The notes below the pieces were generated by a model. That model worked only from the letters and a program-made list of their open reading frames with translations, had not been told where the DNA came from and ran no database searches. Made by a program: the position numbers and the translations under genes. A stretch of 39,501 bases of DNA from Candidatus Latescibacterota bacterium. GTDB taxonomy: Bacteria > Latescibacterota > UBA2968 > UBA8231. The stretch spans positions 1-39,501 of the forward strand of contig JAJEEZ010000439.1 in NCBI GenBank assembly GCA_022820705.1, given 5' to 3'. Positions 8,957 to 18,083 of the stretch are shown one piece after another (position 1 is the stretch's first letter; every line of letters starts with the position of its first letter).

Positions 8957-9088
8957 AGGACGATTCTATCCGAAAAATCGCCGAGATACGCGCTAGGCCC
9001 GCCTTGTTGAGGGCGGGATACGCGGACGCTTGGTTCGCCTGTTTGCCCCGGCCGAAAGGCCAAGTATAATTCGAGGTTGTCACCCATT

Positions 9089-9859
9089 ATGGAACGCGAT
9101 ATCGGCCCGATCCTCGGCGATTGGAAATACGCCCTAGGCGAGTTGAGCGTGCGCAAGATACGAGGCGGCAACGGCAGCGCCAAGCTCCAAATCCGCATGG
9201 ATCTGGGCTTGATGCAGCTAGAGTGGCGGGGGCGTCCCGACGCGCTACGCCCGCACGGCTATGTGTCGCTGTTGGATTACTACTGCCAGAAGCGACGCGA
9301 GTGGGAGAAAGAGCACGGCCCGGGCACCTTTAGCCTCTCGCACGAGGATTGTTCCGAACTGGCCCAAGAGGCCATGAAATACTACTGGCGGCGGATCGGT
9401 TTTTTCGAACTGAAGGAATACGAGCGAGCCGAAGAAGATGCCGTGCACAACCTCGCCATCCTCGATTTGTGCTACGAATACGCCGAGGAGGACGAGGATC
9501 GTCAGTTAGCCGAACAATACCGAGTCTTTGTCACGGCGCATCGGGTGCAGGCGCGGGCGCTGGCCTGTCTAGAGGTAGAGAACTATGCTGAGGCCCTAGC
9601 AGATATCCGCCGAGGCATCGTCGAAATTGAGGGATTTCTCGCCAAAATTGGTCAATTGGATCAGCTCGACGAGTGCCCTGAACTGCTCTTTTTGCGCGAG
9701 TGGGAAAGCGAGGTGGAAAGCACGCGACCGCGCACGTTGCGCGAGCGACTGACGGCTGATCTACAGGCCGCAGTCGAAGCGGAGCGATTTGAGCTGGCCG
9801 CTTCGCTTAGGGATCGCTTGCGTTCGCTTGAGACCGAGCAAACTGGCAGGTCGTCTTGA
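9089..9859 (+). CDS. UVR (UvrB/UvrC motif) domain-containing protein, function unknown
   Basis: ORF 9077..9859; I prefer the ATG at 9089 (MERDIG). The C-terminal stretch ERFELAASLRDRLRSL is a typical UVR motif. Confidence 0.7.
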   Translation: MERDIGPILGDWKYALGELSVRKIRGGNGSAKLQIRMDLGLMQLEWRGRPDALRPHGYVSLLDYYCQKRREWEKEHGPGTFSLSHEDCSELAQEAMKYYWRRIGFFELKEYERAEEDAVHNLAILDLCYEYAEEDEDRQLAEQYRVFVTAHRVQARALACLEVENYAEALADIRRGIVEIEGFLAKIGQLDQLDECPELLFLREWESEVESTRPRTLRERLTADLQAAVEAERFELAASLRDRLRSLETEQTGRSS

Positions 9860-11622
9860 AGGGTCGCTTACTGCCGAGGAGTGGGCCGAGGGGCGCTGTC
9901 TCCCGGCCCTTTTACTTTGCCCTGTTGGCATTGTTAAGTGCTTGCGGGCAAATGGCTCCCAATACGACGCCCGATGTGCCGACGGTCCAGATCATCCAAG
10001 AACAGCTACCCATAGTAGGCGACAACCTGCTCGACTTGCAGTTGTTCAGGCCAGGTACCGGTTCGAGCCTCCTGTTAGCTCTGCTGGAATGGGAAACCCC
10101 TTCGGGAGAGCAGCACAAGGTTGAGCACCGGTTGCAGGTACCGCAGGGGCGTCTAGTGCGTTATGCACTGCCGTATCGGCTGGCAGAGGCTGGCGTACAC
10201 CGCGCGGCATTGCGGCTATACGATCCAGAAATCGACACCCCCATCCACGCGATCGAAGAGTTGCACCTGTTTGCCCGGCCCATTTGGGAGCTTTCGGGCG
10301 ATCGCTCGTATTATACCGTAGAAGATGAGATCCGCTTTCGGCTGCGGCGCAATCGCTGGGCTGATACGACGATCCCTGTGACGGTCGAGTTGCAACGCGG
10401 CGGCGAGATCTTGGATCGCTTGGATGTAAACATGATCGGGCAGGAAGTCGCTGGGGCCTTTGCCGCAGACGCCTTGCCCGCAGGGCGTTATGAGTTGGTG
10501 GCGCGGTGGCTGGACCCGGTCGGCGGGGCAGATTCGCTGGCCGTGGCTTGCGAGAAGTTCGCACCAGCCGCACGGGAAGTGAAAATCGACCTATTCAGCC
10601 AATCCTTGCTCGTCGATGGCAAGCCGTTTTTTCCCATTGGGCTGTACTGGTTGCGGGCGGATATCCTCGCTCCAATGCGCCAGCTACATTTTAATTCCGG
10701 GGATTACTACTACAAGCTGCGTGGAGAAGAAGTCGCCGCGCTAATGGACGCGGCTGCCGTAGAGGGGATGCAGATACTTCTAGAGCTGACCGAGTACGCC
10801 CGGCGCAAGCCCGAGCCGGATTATCGGGCCATTACCGCCCTCGTCAAACGCTATCGCCAGCATCCGGCGCTCTTGGCGTGGTATTTGGTTGACGAGCCAG
10901 CCGAGACCAAAATGGCTCCTGCGTCTGCTTTGGCGATATACGAGCTAATCCGGGAACTCGATCCCTATCATCCAGTCTATTTGGTCAACAACCGACCACA
11001 CACATACGCCGCATATTCGGACGCCAGTGATATCTTGGCTATAGATGTCTATCCGATTCCGAATTACTCCATCAGTCAGGTGGGCGACTATATGGAGCGG
11101 GCGCGCTGGACCTCGCTGGAGCGAAAGCCGGTCTGGTTGATCGCCCAGGCCTTTGGCGGGGTGGAGCATTGGGCGCGCTCGCCGACGGCAACTGAGTTGC
11201 GGAACATGATCTACCAAGGGCTGGTTGGAGGGGCCAAGGGCGTGTTGTTTTACCGCTATTGCGAGGAGAGCGAACGCCACATCCAGCCCCTCGCCTTGTG
11301 GCGAGAAGTGCAGCGCCTCGCGGTCGAGCTTGACGAATTAGGCCCGGTGCTCTTGCAGGAGGAGCACCGCTTGGAGGCACAACCGACCAGTGGCGAGGTC
11401 GCAGTGGCGATCAAAGAATACAAAGGCGATTTTTACGCATTTGCCGTCAATGTCGCCGAAGATACGCGGCAGCTCGATTTGCGTCTGGAGGGCTTGCCGC
11501 CGATGGGGCGGGTCGAAGTGGTCCGCGGGCAGGCGGTCCCGACGCTGGCCAACGGGCGGCTCGCCGCAGAGTTGGAGCCGTTGGGCACGGCGGTTTTTCG
11601 CTTGCAGACAGCGGGCATTTAA
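9856..11622 (+). CDS. Lipoprotein with a glycoside-hydrolase-like (clan GH-A type) TIM-barrel region; function uncertain
   Basis: TTG at 9856 overlaps the upstream TGA as TTGA, and no other in-frame start precedes the lipobox (FALLALLSAC). WYLVDEP resembles the NEP acid/base strand of GH-A enzymes. The expected nucleophile position reads IAQAFGG, so activity is doubtful. Confidence 0.5.
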   Translation: MKGRLLPRSGPRGAVSRPFYFALLALLSACGQMAPNTTPDVPTVQIIQEQLPIVGDNLLDLQLFRPGTGSSLLLALLEWETPSGEQHKVEHRLQVPQGRLVRYALPYRLAEAGVHRAALRLYDPEIDTPIHAIEELHLFARPIWELSGDRSYYTVEDEIRFRLRRNRWADTTIPVTVELQRGGEILDRLDVNMIGQEVAGAFAADALPAGRYELVARWLDPVGGADSLAVACEKFAPAAREVKIDLFSQSLLVDGKPFFPIGLYWLRADILAPMRQLHFNSGDYYYKLRGEEVAALMDAAAVEGMQILLELTEYARRKPEPDYRAITALVKRYRQHPALLAWYLVDEPAETKMAPASALAIYELIRELDPYHPVYLVNNRPHTYAAYSDASDILAIDVYPIPNYSISQVGDYMERARWTSLERKPVWLIAQAFGGVEHWARSPTATELRNMIYQGLVGGAKGVLFYRYCEESERHIQPLALWREVQRLAVELDELGPVLLQEEHRLEAQPTSGEVAVAIKEYKGDFYAFAVNVAEDTRQLDLRLEGLPPMGRVEVVRGQAVPTLANGRLAAELEPLGTAVFRLQTAGI

Positions 11623-11667
11623 ACGGGTAATCCACTGGCTTTAGAGCCGGTTAAAGGGGAGAAAATT

Positions 11668-12156
11668 ATGGCCAAAAAGGTGGCCCTCAACAAGCGAGAT
11701 CGAGAGCGAATAAAGAAGAGGCTCCTAGTGCGCCGCGCTGAATTGCTCAGCGATCTGGATGGAACCGAGCACGAGATCGACGAGTTGCAAGACCCCAAGG
11801 CCGACGATCTCGACCGAGCAGTCGAGGCCGGAGCTATGGAGCTTTTGGTGGCGCTGGGGGATACTGAGCGCCGCGAATTGGAGGAGGTCACGCTGGCGCT
11901 CGAGAAGCTAGAAAGCACGACGTATGGCAAGTGCGAAGCCTGCCTTGAAAAGCCCTTAAACCTGTGTGCGACCTGTCCGTTTATTCCCAAGCCGCGCTTG
12001 GATGCCCTGCCCACGGCGCGGCTGTGCGTGTCCTGTCAGGAGGCCGAGGAGCAGAACCAGATTCCGTCCTACACCCGGCTGCGCCCGCGGCGGATGTTTG
12101 GCGAGGACATAGAAGAATTCACGCATCCGCTGATGGACTCAGAAGACGACAAATAG
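11668..12156 (+). CDS. DksA/TraR family C4 zinc-finger protein (atypical, with an extra CxxC)
   Basis: GGGGAG RBS upstream. The protein has a coiled-coil N-terminus and the Cys-rich stretch GKCEAC...CATC...RLDALPTARLCVSC. Confidence 0.75.
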   Translation: MAKKVALNKRDRERIKKRLLVRRAELLSDLDGTEHEIDELQDPKADDLDRAVEAGAMELLVALGDTERRELEEVTLALEKLESTTYGKCEACLEKPLNLCATCPFIPKPRLDALPTARLCVSCQEAEEQNQIPSYTRLRPRRMFGEDIEEFTHPLMDSEDDK

Positions 12157-12180
12157 GCGCTTAATCCGCGCGTTATTTGA

Positions 12181-12213
12181 GTAGGGGCGACCGGCCGGTC
12201 GCCCCTACTTTGT
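12181..12213. terminator. Intrinsic terminator between the convergent dksA-like and TolC-family genes
   Basis: Perfect 28-nt palindrome gtaggggcgaccggccggtcgcccctac (12181-12208) followed by tttgt. Confidence 0.7.
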
Positions 12214-12228
12214 ATGAGGATTGGGAGG

Positions 12229-13668
12229 CTAAGGAGCCAGCTCTTTTAGCTCGGCCATAGTGGCGAGCCGCACGTTTTTGAGCTGGCGCTGGTAGCCTAT
12301 GACCGCGGCTAAGGCGTTGATCTGGGCTTGGGTCAAGTTGCCTTGGGCTTGGAGCAATTGCTGGCTGTCGGCCAAGCCGAGCTCAAAGCGGCTCTGCTCG
12401 ACGTCGTAGGTGCGCTGGGCAAATTCGAGGGCGGCTTGGCGCAGGTCAATCTGGCGCTCGGCCTCGTGGACGCGGCGCGTGGCGTCGCGAACTTGCTGGA
12501 TGATCAGGCGGCGCTGCTTCTCGCGGTTGAGGCGGCTTTGCTCCAAGGCGATGCGCGCTTGGCTGATGTTGGCTTGCCGCTGGCCGCTGTCGATCAGCGG
12601 CAGGGTTATTTGCAGATCGACTCCCCAGCGATTGCGCTCGAAAGTGTCGCTGACATCGCCGATTTCTGGACCGCGACCCTGCATACTGACATTGGCCCCG
12701 AAGGTCGCGTTAATGCCGTTGCGGCGGCGGGCCTCCGCTATATTCAACTCGTTGATCTCCTCAAAAATTTCGGCTCGTTTCATGTCGGTGCGGCGCGCCA
12801 AGCCGATTTCGAGGGCGCGTTCGGCGTCGATGGGGTGAATCTCATACTGGACCTCAGTGTCGATTGTGATCGGTTCCCACACATCGAGTCCGAGGGTTTC
12901 GCGGAGCAGATCGCGGCGCAATTCGATATCGGTTTGCGCTTGGTCGTACGTGGCTTCGGCCTGCAGCATCTCTACCTGTAGGCGCAGGGCTTCCACTTCG
13001 GCGATGAGGCCGACCTCAAATTTTCGTTGAGCTAGCTCCAAATTGGCGCGCGACTGAGCCAAGCGCTGTTCCTCTATTTCGAGTTCGCGGACGCTCTGCA
13101 CTAAGTCGTAGTAATCGTCAATGACTTGGCCTTCTAGCTGGAGCCGCTGACGGTCGAAGTTGAGTCGTGCGCTTTGCAGGCTGTGCTCGGCGCGCTTGAG
13201 CGCGATTTCTTCGCTAGGCTGAGCGAGTAGATCGCGCTCGTAAGCAAGGCGCGTCGAACCCGAATAGTCGAGGAAGTCCTCGCGGCGATTGGACGAGAAG
13301 TCGCGGCGTAGAGCCGCAGAGGTCAGCGTGAATTGGCCGAGGTGGCGCAGGCGCTGGGTCATGCGCAGGTTGCCCGAGTAGGAGACATCGGTATTCTCTT
13401 CGCGGACTCGGGTTTGGAGGGCGACGTTTTCTTGAGTGTCGCGCAGCCCGGTGAAGCTAGGGGCAGTGACAAAGGCGTCCATGCCGAAAGTAAAAGGCGC
13501 TTGCGCCGTCGTCAGTTGGACTCGGCTGTTGTCTAGGTCTTGTTGGTTCCTTTGGTGTTGCAGGTTGTTTTGCATGGCCAAGTCGATGCACTCCTGCAGC
13601 GAGAGAACCTCGGCTGTCGAGCAGGTGGAGGCGATTAGCAAACCGACTAGTGCCCATTGGTATTTCAT
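12229..13668 (-). CDS. TolC-family outer membrane efflux protein
   Basis: ORF 12229..13809; the ATG at 13668 gives a signal peptide (MKYQWALVGLLIASTCSTAE). LSLQECIDLAMQNNLQ is a typical OEP N-terminus, and there are two repeated coiled-coil halves. Confidence 0.85.
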   Translation of the reverse strand: MKYQWALVGLLIASTCSTAEVLSLQECIDLAMQNNLQHQRNQQDLDNSRVQLTTAQAPFTFGMDAFVTAPSFTGLRDTQENVALQTRVREENTDVSYSGNLRMTQRLRHLGQFTLTSAALRRDFSSNRREDFLDYSGSTRLAYERDLLAQPSEEIALKRAEHSLQSARLNFDRQRLQLEGQVIDDYYDLVQSVRELEIEEQRLAQSRANLELAQRKFEVGLIAEVEALRLQVEMLQAEATYDQAQTDIELRRDLLRETLGLDVWEPITIDTEVQYEIHPIDAERALEIGLARRTDMKRAEIFEEINELNIAEARRRNGINATFGANVSMQGRGPEIGDVSDTFERNRWGVDLQITLPLIDSGQRQANISQARIALEQSRLNREKQRRLIIQQVRDATRRVHEAERQIDLRQAALEFAQRTYDVEQSRFELGLADSQQLLQAQGNLTQAQINALAAVIGYQRQLKNVRLATMAELKELAP

Positions 13669-13725
13669 CACGGAAGCCCCTTCTTGTGGATGGCGAGCGA
13701 AATGTTGTGGTTGTCTGTATCTGTA

Positions 13726-13754
13726 ATTATACAATACGGGTTTTACCGCGCCAA
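13726..13754 (-). promoter_or_regulatory. Putative sigma-70 promoter for the TolC-family gene (TTGGCG-17-TATAAT)
   Basis: On the minus strand, TTGGCG is at 13754-13749, followed by a 17-nt spacer and TATAAT at 13731-13726. Confidence 0.4.
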
Positions 13755-13858
13755 CCGCGCCGCGCGTGAACTGCAGCAATTTTCCGGCAGCGAGCTTTAT
13801 ATTTAACATTTAATATTAATAGACTTAAAGCCTATCACGAACTTAAAGGAGCAATGCT

Positions 13859-14608
13859 ATGACTACCCTCACTTCGCAAGTGCTGGCGTACGAAAAAACT
13901 GCCGCCGACCTTGCAGTTAAAATTTTTGCCGACGGAGCCGACCGCGAGAGCATGCTGGCGAGCTATGCCAATCCGCTGGTCTCCGGGTTTACGACCAATC
14001 CCACCTTGATGCGCCAAGCAGGCGTCACCGACTACCGAACCTTTGCCCACGACATCGTCGCGGCCATTCCCGATCGCCACATTTCTTTTGAGGTATTTTC
14101 AGACGAATTTGACGACATGGAGCGCCAAGCTCGCGAGATCGCAACTTGGGGCGAGAACGTGTACGCCAAAATTCCCGTCAGCAACACCAAGGGCGAAGTA
14201 AGCTACGACTTGGTCCATCGGCTGTCTCACGCCGGGGTCAAGGTCAATGTCACGGCGATCTTTTTGCTCGACCAAGTGCGAGAAGTGGCAGCCGCGGTCG
14301 AGGGCGGGGCACCGTGCTGCGTGTCGGTCTTTGCCGGCCGCATCGCCGACGCTGGGCTAGACTATATGCCGGTCATGGCCGAGTCGGTCGAGTTGCTCGC
14401 GTCCAACCCCCAAGCCGAACTCATCTGGGCCAGCCCCCGCGAGGTGTACAATGTCGTTCAAGCCGACAGCATCGGCTGCCACATCATTACCTGCACCAGC
14501 GACATCATCAAAAAGCTGCCGACCTTGGGCAAGGAAATGGGGCAGTTCTCGCTAGAAACCGTACAAATCTTTTACGCGGATGCTACGGCTGCCGGCTACA
14601 GCCTGTGA
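13859..14608 (+). CDS. Transaldolase family protein (short, TalC/Fsa-like class)
   Basis: FADGAD...GFTTNPTLM...KIP motifs are present. An AAAGGAG RBS lies upstream. Confidence 0.8.
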   Translation: MTTLTSQVLAYEKTAADLAVKIFADGADRESMLASYANPLVSGFTTNPTLMRQAGVTDYRTFAHDIVAAIPDRHISFEVFSDEFDDMERQAREIATWGENVYAKIPVSNTKGEVSYDLVHRLSHAGVKVNVTAIFLLDQVREVAAAVEGGAPCCVSVFAGRIADAGLDYMPVMAESVELLASNPQAELIWASPREVYNVVQADSIGCHIITCTSDIIKKLPTLGKEMGQFSLETVQIFYADATAAGYSL

Positions 14609-15192
14609 GCAGTTACACCCAACAGTACCTAGCGGCGGCGGCTCAAGTCATTGAGCAGCTAGATCGCAATGCGATTGACGCGATAGTTCGGCTCGTCGTC
14701 GAGACCCGTCGGCGCGGAGGGCGGCTCTTTGTCCTCGGCGTGGGAGGCAGTGCGGGCAATGCGAGCCACGCGGTCAACGACTTTCGCAAGATCGCAGGCA
14801 TTGAGTCCTACGCCCCCACGGACAACGTCTCAGAACTGACGGCGCGCATCAACGACGAAGGCTGGGATACGGCCTTTGCCAAATGGCTGGAGGGCAGCCG
14901 TTTAAACGAAAAGGATCTGATCTTGGTCTTGTCCGTCGGCGGCGGCAATCGCCCGCTGAATACCAGCGTCAACTTGGTTGTCGCACTGGAGTACGCCAAA
15001 GAGGTCGGAGCCAAAATCTGCGGCATTGTGGGGCGGGATGGCGGCTTTACAGCCCAAGTCGCCGATGCCTGCGCGATTGTGCCGACGGTCGTGCCGGACG
15101 CTGTCACGCCGCTGACGGAATCGTTCCAAGCCGTTATCTGGCACTTAATTGTCTCGCACCCCGAGGTACAAGTGGAGCGCACTAAGTGGTAG
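14605..15192 (+). CDS. SIS-domain sugar-phosphate isomerase, GmhA-like (sedoheptulose-7-P isomerase-like)
   Basis: This is the in-frame tail of ORF 14146..15192. GTG at 14605 overlaps the transaldolase TGA as GTGA. Motifs present: LFVLGVGGSAGNASHAVNDF, LSVGGG. Confidence 0.7.
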   Translation: MSSYTQQYLAAAAQVIEQLDRNAIDAIVRLVVETRRRGGRLFVLGVGGSAGNASHAVNDFRKIAGIESYAPTDNVSELTARINDEGWDTAFAKWLEGSRLNEKDLILVLSVGGGNRPLNTSVNLVVALEYAKEVGAKICGIVGRDGGFTAQVADACAIVPTVVPDAVTPLTESFQAVIWHLIVSHPEVQVERTKW

Positions 15193-15223
15193 ATGCGCTA
15201 GCCTCTGCAACGAAAGGTTGAAC

Positions 15224-16276
15224 ATGTCTGCGGTCCCCCGAGACCTGCGTCAGTTTTTGCACCACTACATTCCAGCCCTAGAAGAGGAGATGTTTTCGTT
15301 CCTCGCGGTGCGCGAACCCGAGGAGTTCCTATATCGGCTGATGCGCGACTACCCGGAGCGCGGCGGCAAGCGATTCCGCCCGGTGTTGGTGCTGCTGGCG
15401 TGCCAAGCCTGCGGCGGCGACGTGAAGAAAGCCATGCGAACTGCGGTGGCTTTTGAGATGTTCCAGTCGTTTGCCGTAGTCCACGACGATATTGAGGACG
15501 ATTCGGAGATGCGGCGCGGCAAGCCCTGTTTGCACAAACTGCACGGGATCCCATTGACCATTAACGTCGGCGATGCCTTATACGCCAAGGTCTTTGAGAT
15601 CCTCAACGCGAACCGCGAGGTGTTGGGGGCGGATGTCGCGCTCGATTTGATCGACGAGATGATCCGCGGCTCGTGCGAGACGTTTGAGGGGCAGGCATAC
15701 GACGTGGGTTGGATTCGCCAGCGCTATATTCCCAGCGAGGACGAGTTTATGATCATGTTGCGCAAGAAGACTGGGTGGTACACGGGCCGGGGGCCGTGTA
15801 CGGCCGGGGCGATTATCGCGGGGGCTGAGATGGAATTGCGAACTCGTATCGGCGATTTCGGCGAGTCCATGGCCATTGCGTTTCAACTGCGCGACGACCT
15901 GCTGAACTTAAGCTCTTCCGAACAAGACGCCGGCTCTGCGCCCGGGGTTACTTCTGGGGCCTATGGCAAGGAGCGGGGTGGGGATATTGCGGAAGGGAAG
16001 CGGACTTTGATTATCATCGACCTATTGGGCAAATGCAACGCGGCGGAACGCGAAGAAGTGCTGGCGATCTTGCACCAAGAGCGGCACCGCAACACGGCTG
16101 CCGAAATCGAGCGGGTCATCGCCTTGGTCGAGCACTACGAATGCGATCGCTACGTCGAGCACGTGTGTCAACAGAAGGTCGAAGAGAGCGTGACCCACCT
16201 AGAGAAACTCCCGGCCAATCCCGCGCGCGATATGCTGGGAGAAATGCTGGACTTTCTGGTCCAGCGCGCCTTTTAG
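15224..16276 (+). CDS. Polyprenyl (geranylgeranyl-type) diphosphate synthase
   Basis: The ATG at 15224 lies within ORF 15149..16276. The first DDxxD-type motif is VVHDDIEDD and the second is FQLRDDLLN. Confidence 0.85.
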   Translation: MSAVPRDLRQFLHHYIPALEEEMFSFLAVREPEEFLYRLMRDYPERGGKRFRPVLVLLACQACGGDVKKAMRTAVAFEMFQSFAVVHDDIEDDSEMRRGKPCLHKLHGIPLTINVGDALYAKVFEILNANREVLGADVALDLIDEMIRGSCETFEGQAYDVGWIRQRYIPSEDEFMIMLRKKTGWYTGRGPCTAGAIIAGAEMELRTRIGDFGESMAIAFQLRDDLLNLSSSEQDAGSAPGVTSGAYGKERGGDIAEGKRTLIIIDLLGKCNAAEREEVLAILHQERHRNTAAEIERVIALVEHYECDRYVEHVCQQKVEESVTHLEKLPANPARDMLGEMLDFLVQRAF

Positions 16277-17328
16277 TCCACCACTGGATTTTCCAAATAA
16301 GCGAGAAGTAACTGCGCCGTGTTGACGATGCCGTCCCACGCGCAGATTTCGTACCCGTGCGTGTTGTCGCCCGGGTAGCCAATCAGCGCAGCACGCGCGA
16401 TAGCGCCGGACGTTTTGGCAATTGATGAGTCGCTGGAATACGAAGTGAGAACGGCCGTTTGGATGTTGAACCCGCAGGCGGCGGCTAGGGCGTCAAAGCG
16501 GTCGATGATGCGCGCGTCGTACAGACCCCGAGTGTCGCGGACGCCGATGATGGGATCGCCGCTGTTGGCCGTGCCGTATTCGGCCGCCGCGGGCGCGATG
16601 TCAACAGCAACGGCCGCGTCAACTGGCAGCCGCCCGAGCGCGTAGATTGCGCCGTGACCGCCGATTTCTTCGCTGGAACTGGCTAAGAGATATACGTCTT
16701 GGGCCGGTTGGTTCTCCCGCAAGTGCAGGCCCACTTCGAGCATGGCCGCCAAGCCGGCGCGGCAATCGAGATTGTAGCCGCAGACGCAATCGCCTAGACG
16801 CCAGAGCGTCTTGTGTTTGCCGGCGATGACGACCCGAGTGCCGGCGCGAATCCCGCGCTGGGACAGTTCCTCGGCCGCGAGCCTCGTTTCAATCCACATC
16901 TGTTCCCACTTGAGCGGTTGGCCGTTTTTGAGCCGTCCCGCTGGACTTTCTGTGGAGACGTGCTTGGCTCCGGTGGAAAGCACGCCCGGACAGAGGCCAT
17001 CCCGCGTTAGGATTTCCACTGGACTTTCGCCTAGTGCCCAAGGGTGCAGACCGCCTAAGGGTTGCACCCTGATTTTGCCGTCGGAGTCAATGCGTTTGAC
17101 GATGAGGGCGATCTCGTCCTTGTGGGCGACGGCGGCCACGGGCTGATCGTGGCTTTGGCCCTTGATGTGAATGATGATGTTGTCGGCTGCGTCCTGCCAG
17201 ACGGCGTCGCCGATGGGAGCGGCGAGCTCGTTGACGAGGGCGTCCATCGCGGATTCTGCGCCCGAGGGTGCGTGCGCGGCGAGCAGTTGCTCGACAAAGC
17301 CGTAGAGGCGTTGGGCATCAATGTTCAT
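16273..17328 (-). CDS. M42 family (FrvX-like) glutamyl aminopeptidase
   Basis: Length and motifs fit: ...VAAVAHKDEIALIV..., LDCRAG, SSSEEIGGHGA. Confidence 0.75.
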   Translation of the reverse strand: MNIDAQRLYGFVEQLLAAHAPSGAESAMDALVNELAAPIGDAVWQDAADNIIIHIKGQSHDQPVAAVAHKDEIALIVKRIDSDGKIRVQPLGGLHPWALGESPVEILTRDGLCPGVLSTGAKHVSTESPAGRLKNGQPLKWEQMWIETRLAAEELSQRGIRAGTRVVIAGKHKTLWRLGDCVCGYNLDCRAGLAAMLEVGLHLRENQPAQDVYLLASSSEEIGGHGAIYALGRLPVDAAVAVDIAPAAAEYGTANSGDPIIGVRDTRGLYDARIIDRFDALAAACGFNIQTAVLTSYSSDSSIAKTSGAIARAALIGYPGDNTHGYEICAWDGIVNTAQLLLAYLENPVVD

Positions 17329-17332
17329 GGCT

Positions 17333-17370
17333 TGCTCCTAATTGCAGGTGAGCGAAAATAATTAGGAGCA
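17333..17370 (-). promoter_or_regulatory. 11-bp perfect inverted repeat enclosing the SD of the M42 peptidase gene
   Basis: tgctcctaatt (17333-17343) pairs with aattaggagca (17360-17370) across a 16-nt loop. On the mRNA the 3' arm contains AGGAGC, 4 nt upstream of the ATG at 17328. Confidence 0.45.
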
Positions 17371-17417
17371 CGCCGCGGGGCAATGACAATGCCTCTACGG
17401 GGATATTGGCAAAGAGA

Positions 17418-18026
17418 TCAGACTGGTGCGGCGAGCGATCCAATCACTTCTTCGGCCAGCCCGCGCAAGGTCTTTTGCAGCCGCAGGCGGCCCCGGTTGA
17501 CGCGCGATTTGACCGTGCCTACGGGGCAGTTAATGATCTTGGCAATTTCCTCGTACGAGAGTCCTTTCAAGTCGCGGAGGAGCACGGCGGCGCGAAATTC
17601 TGTGGGCAGGTCCTCGATGGCATCGACGACGAGCGCCTTGACGCGGTTGCCGTCGGTCTGTTCGCCCGGGATCGGGTCTTTGGCCGCCGGCTCGTAAAAG
17701 GCGGCAGTCTGTTCGTCGTCACTGGGGCTGATGGGAATCCAATTCCAGCGCTTGCGGCGACGCAATTCGGTCTTGGCGAGGTTGCCAGCAATGGTGTAGA
17801 GCCAAGTGGAAACCTGTTCGATGGCGGGGTACTGATGGCTGTGGCGCAGGCAGCGGAGAAAAGTCTCTTGGACGATATCCTCGGCCGTTTCCTTGTCGCC
17901 GACAAAGCGATAGACAAAGTTGTACAGGGGGGTGCGATAGCGTTTGACTAGCACGCCAAGGTGGCCTTGGTCTTCGGCGGCCCGCAGCAAAACTTCTCGA
18001 TCCGTGAGTTCATTTGTCGCTACCAT
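17418..18026 (-). CDS. ECF (group 4) sigma-70 family RNA polymerase sigma factor
   Basis: Region 2 (DIVQETFLRCL, WLYTIAGNL) and region 4 (LSYEEIAKIINCPVGTVKSRVNRGR) are both present. An AAAGGAG RBS lies upstream. Confidence 0.9.
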   Translation of the reverse strand: MVATNELTDREVLLRAAEDQGHLGVLVKRYRTPLYNFVYRFVGDKETAEDIVQETFLRCLRHSHQYPAIEQVSTWLYTIAGNLAKTELRRRKRWNWIPISPSDDEQTAAFYEPAAKDPIPGEQTDGNRVKALVVDAIEDLPTEFRAAVLLRDLKGLSYEEIAKIINCPVGTVKSRVNRGRLRLQKTLRGLAEEVIGSLAAPV

Positions 18027-18083
18027 GGTTGTGCTCCTTTCTGGTGCAATTCAAGCGATTATCGTCATGCCTAGGCATACACA

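Noticed and set aside
9015-9035. GGTTCG string suggesting a tRNA T-arm in the 8957-9088 intergenic region.
   Set aside because: No acceptor, D or anticodon arms can be drawn around it, and the sequence after GGTTCG is not the A/U-rich T-loop.
12328-12981. Long antisense ORFs inside real genes. Examples are 12328..12981 and 12410..12838 (in tolC), 21988..22647 and 22535..23080 (in smc), 26514..27230 (in lptC/A), 17406..17951 (in the ECF sigma gene) and 34874..35683.
   Set aside because: These are typical high-GC shadow ORFs. They are Arg/Ala/Gly-rich with no motifs, and each lies opposite a gene with clear family signatures.
15139-15152. Sigma-54-like element TGGCACTTAATTGT near the end of the SIS gene, upstream of the polyprenyl synthase gene.
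   Set aside because: The invariant -12 GC is GT here, and the site lies inside coding sequence. It is probably a chance match.
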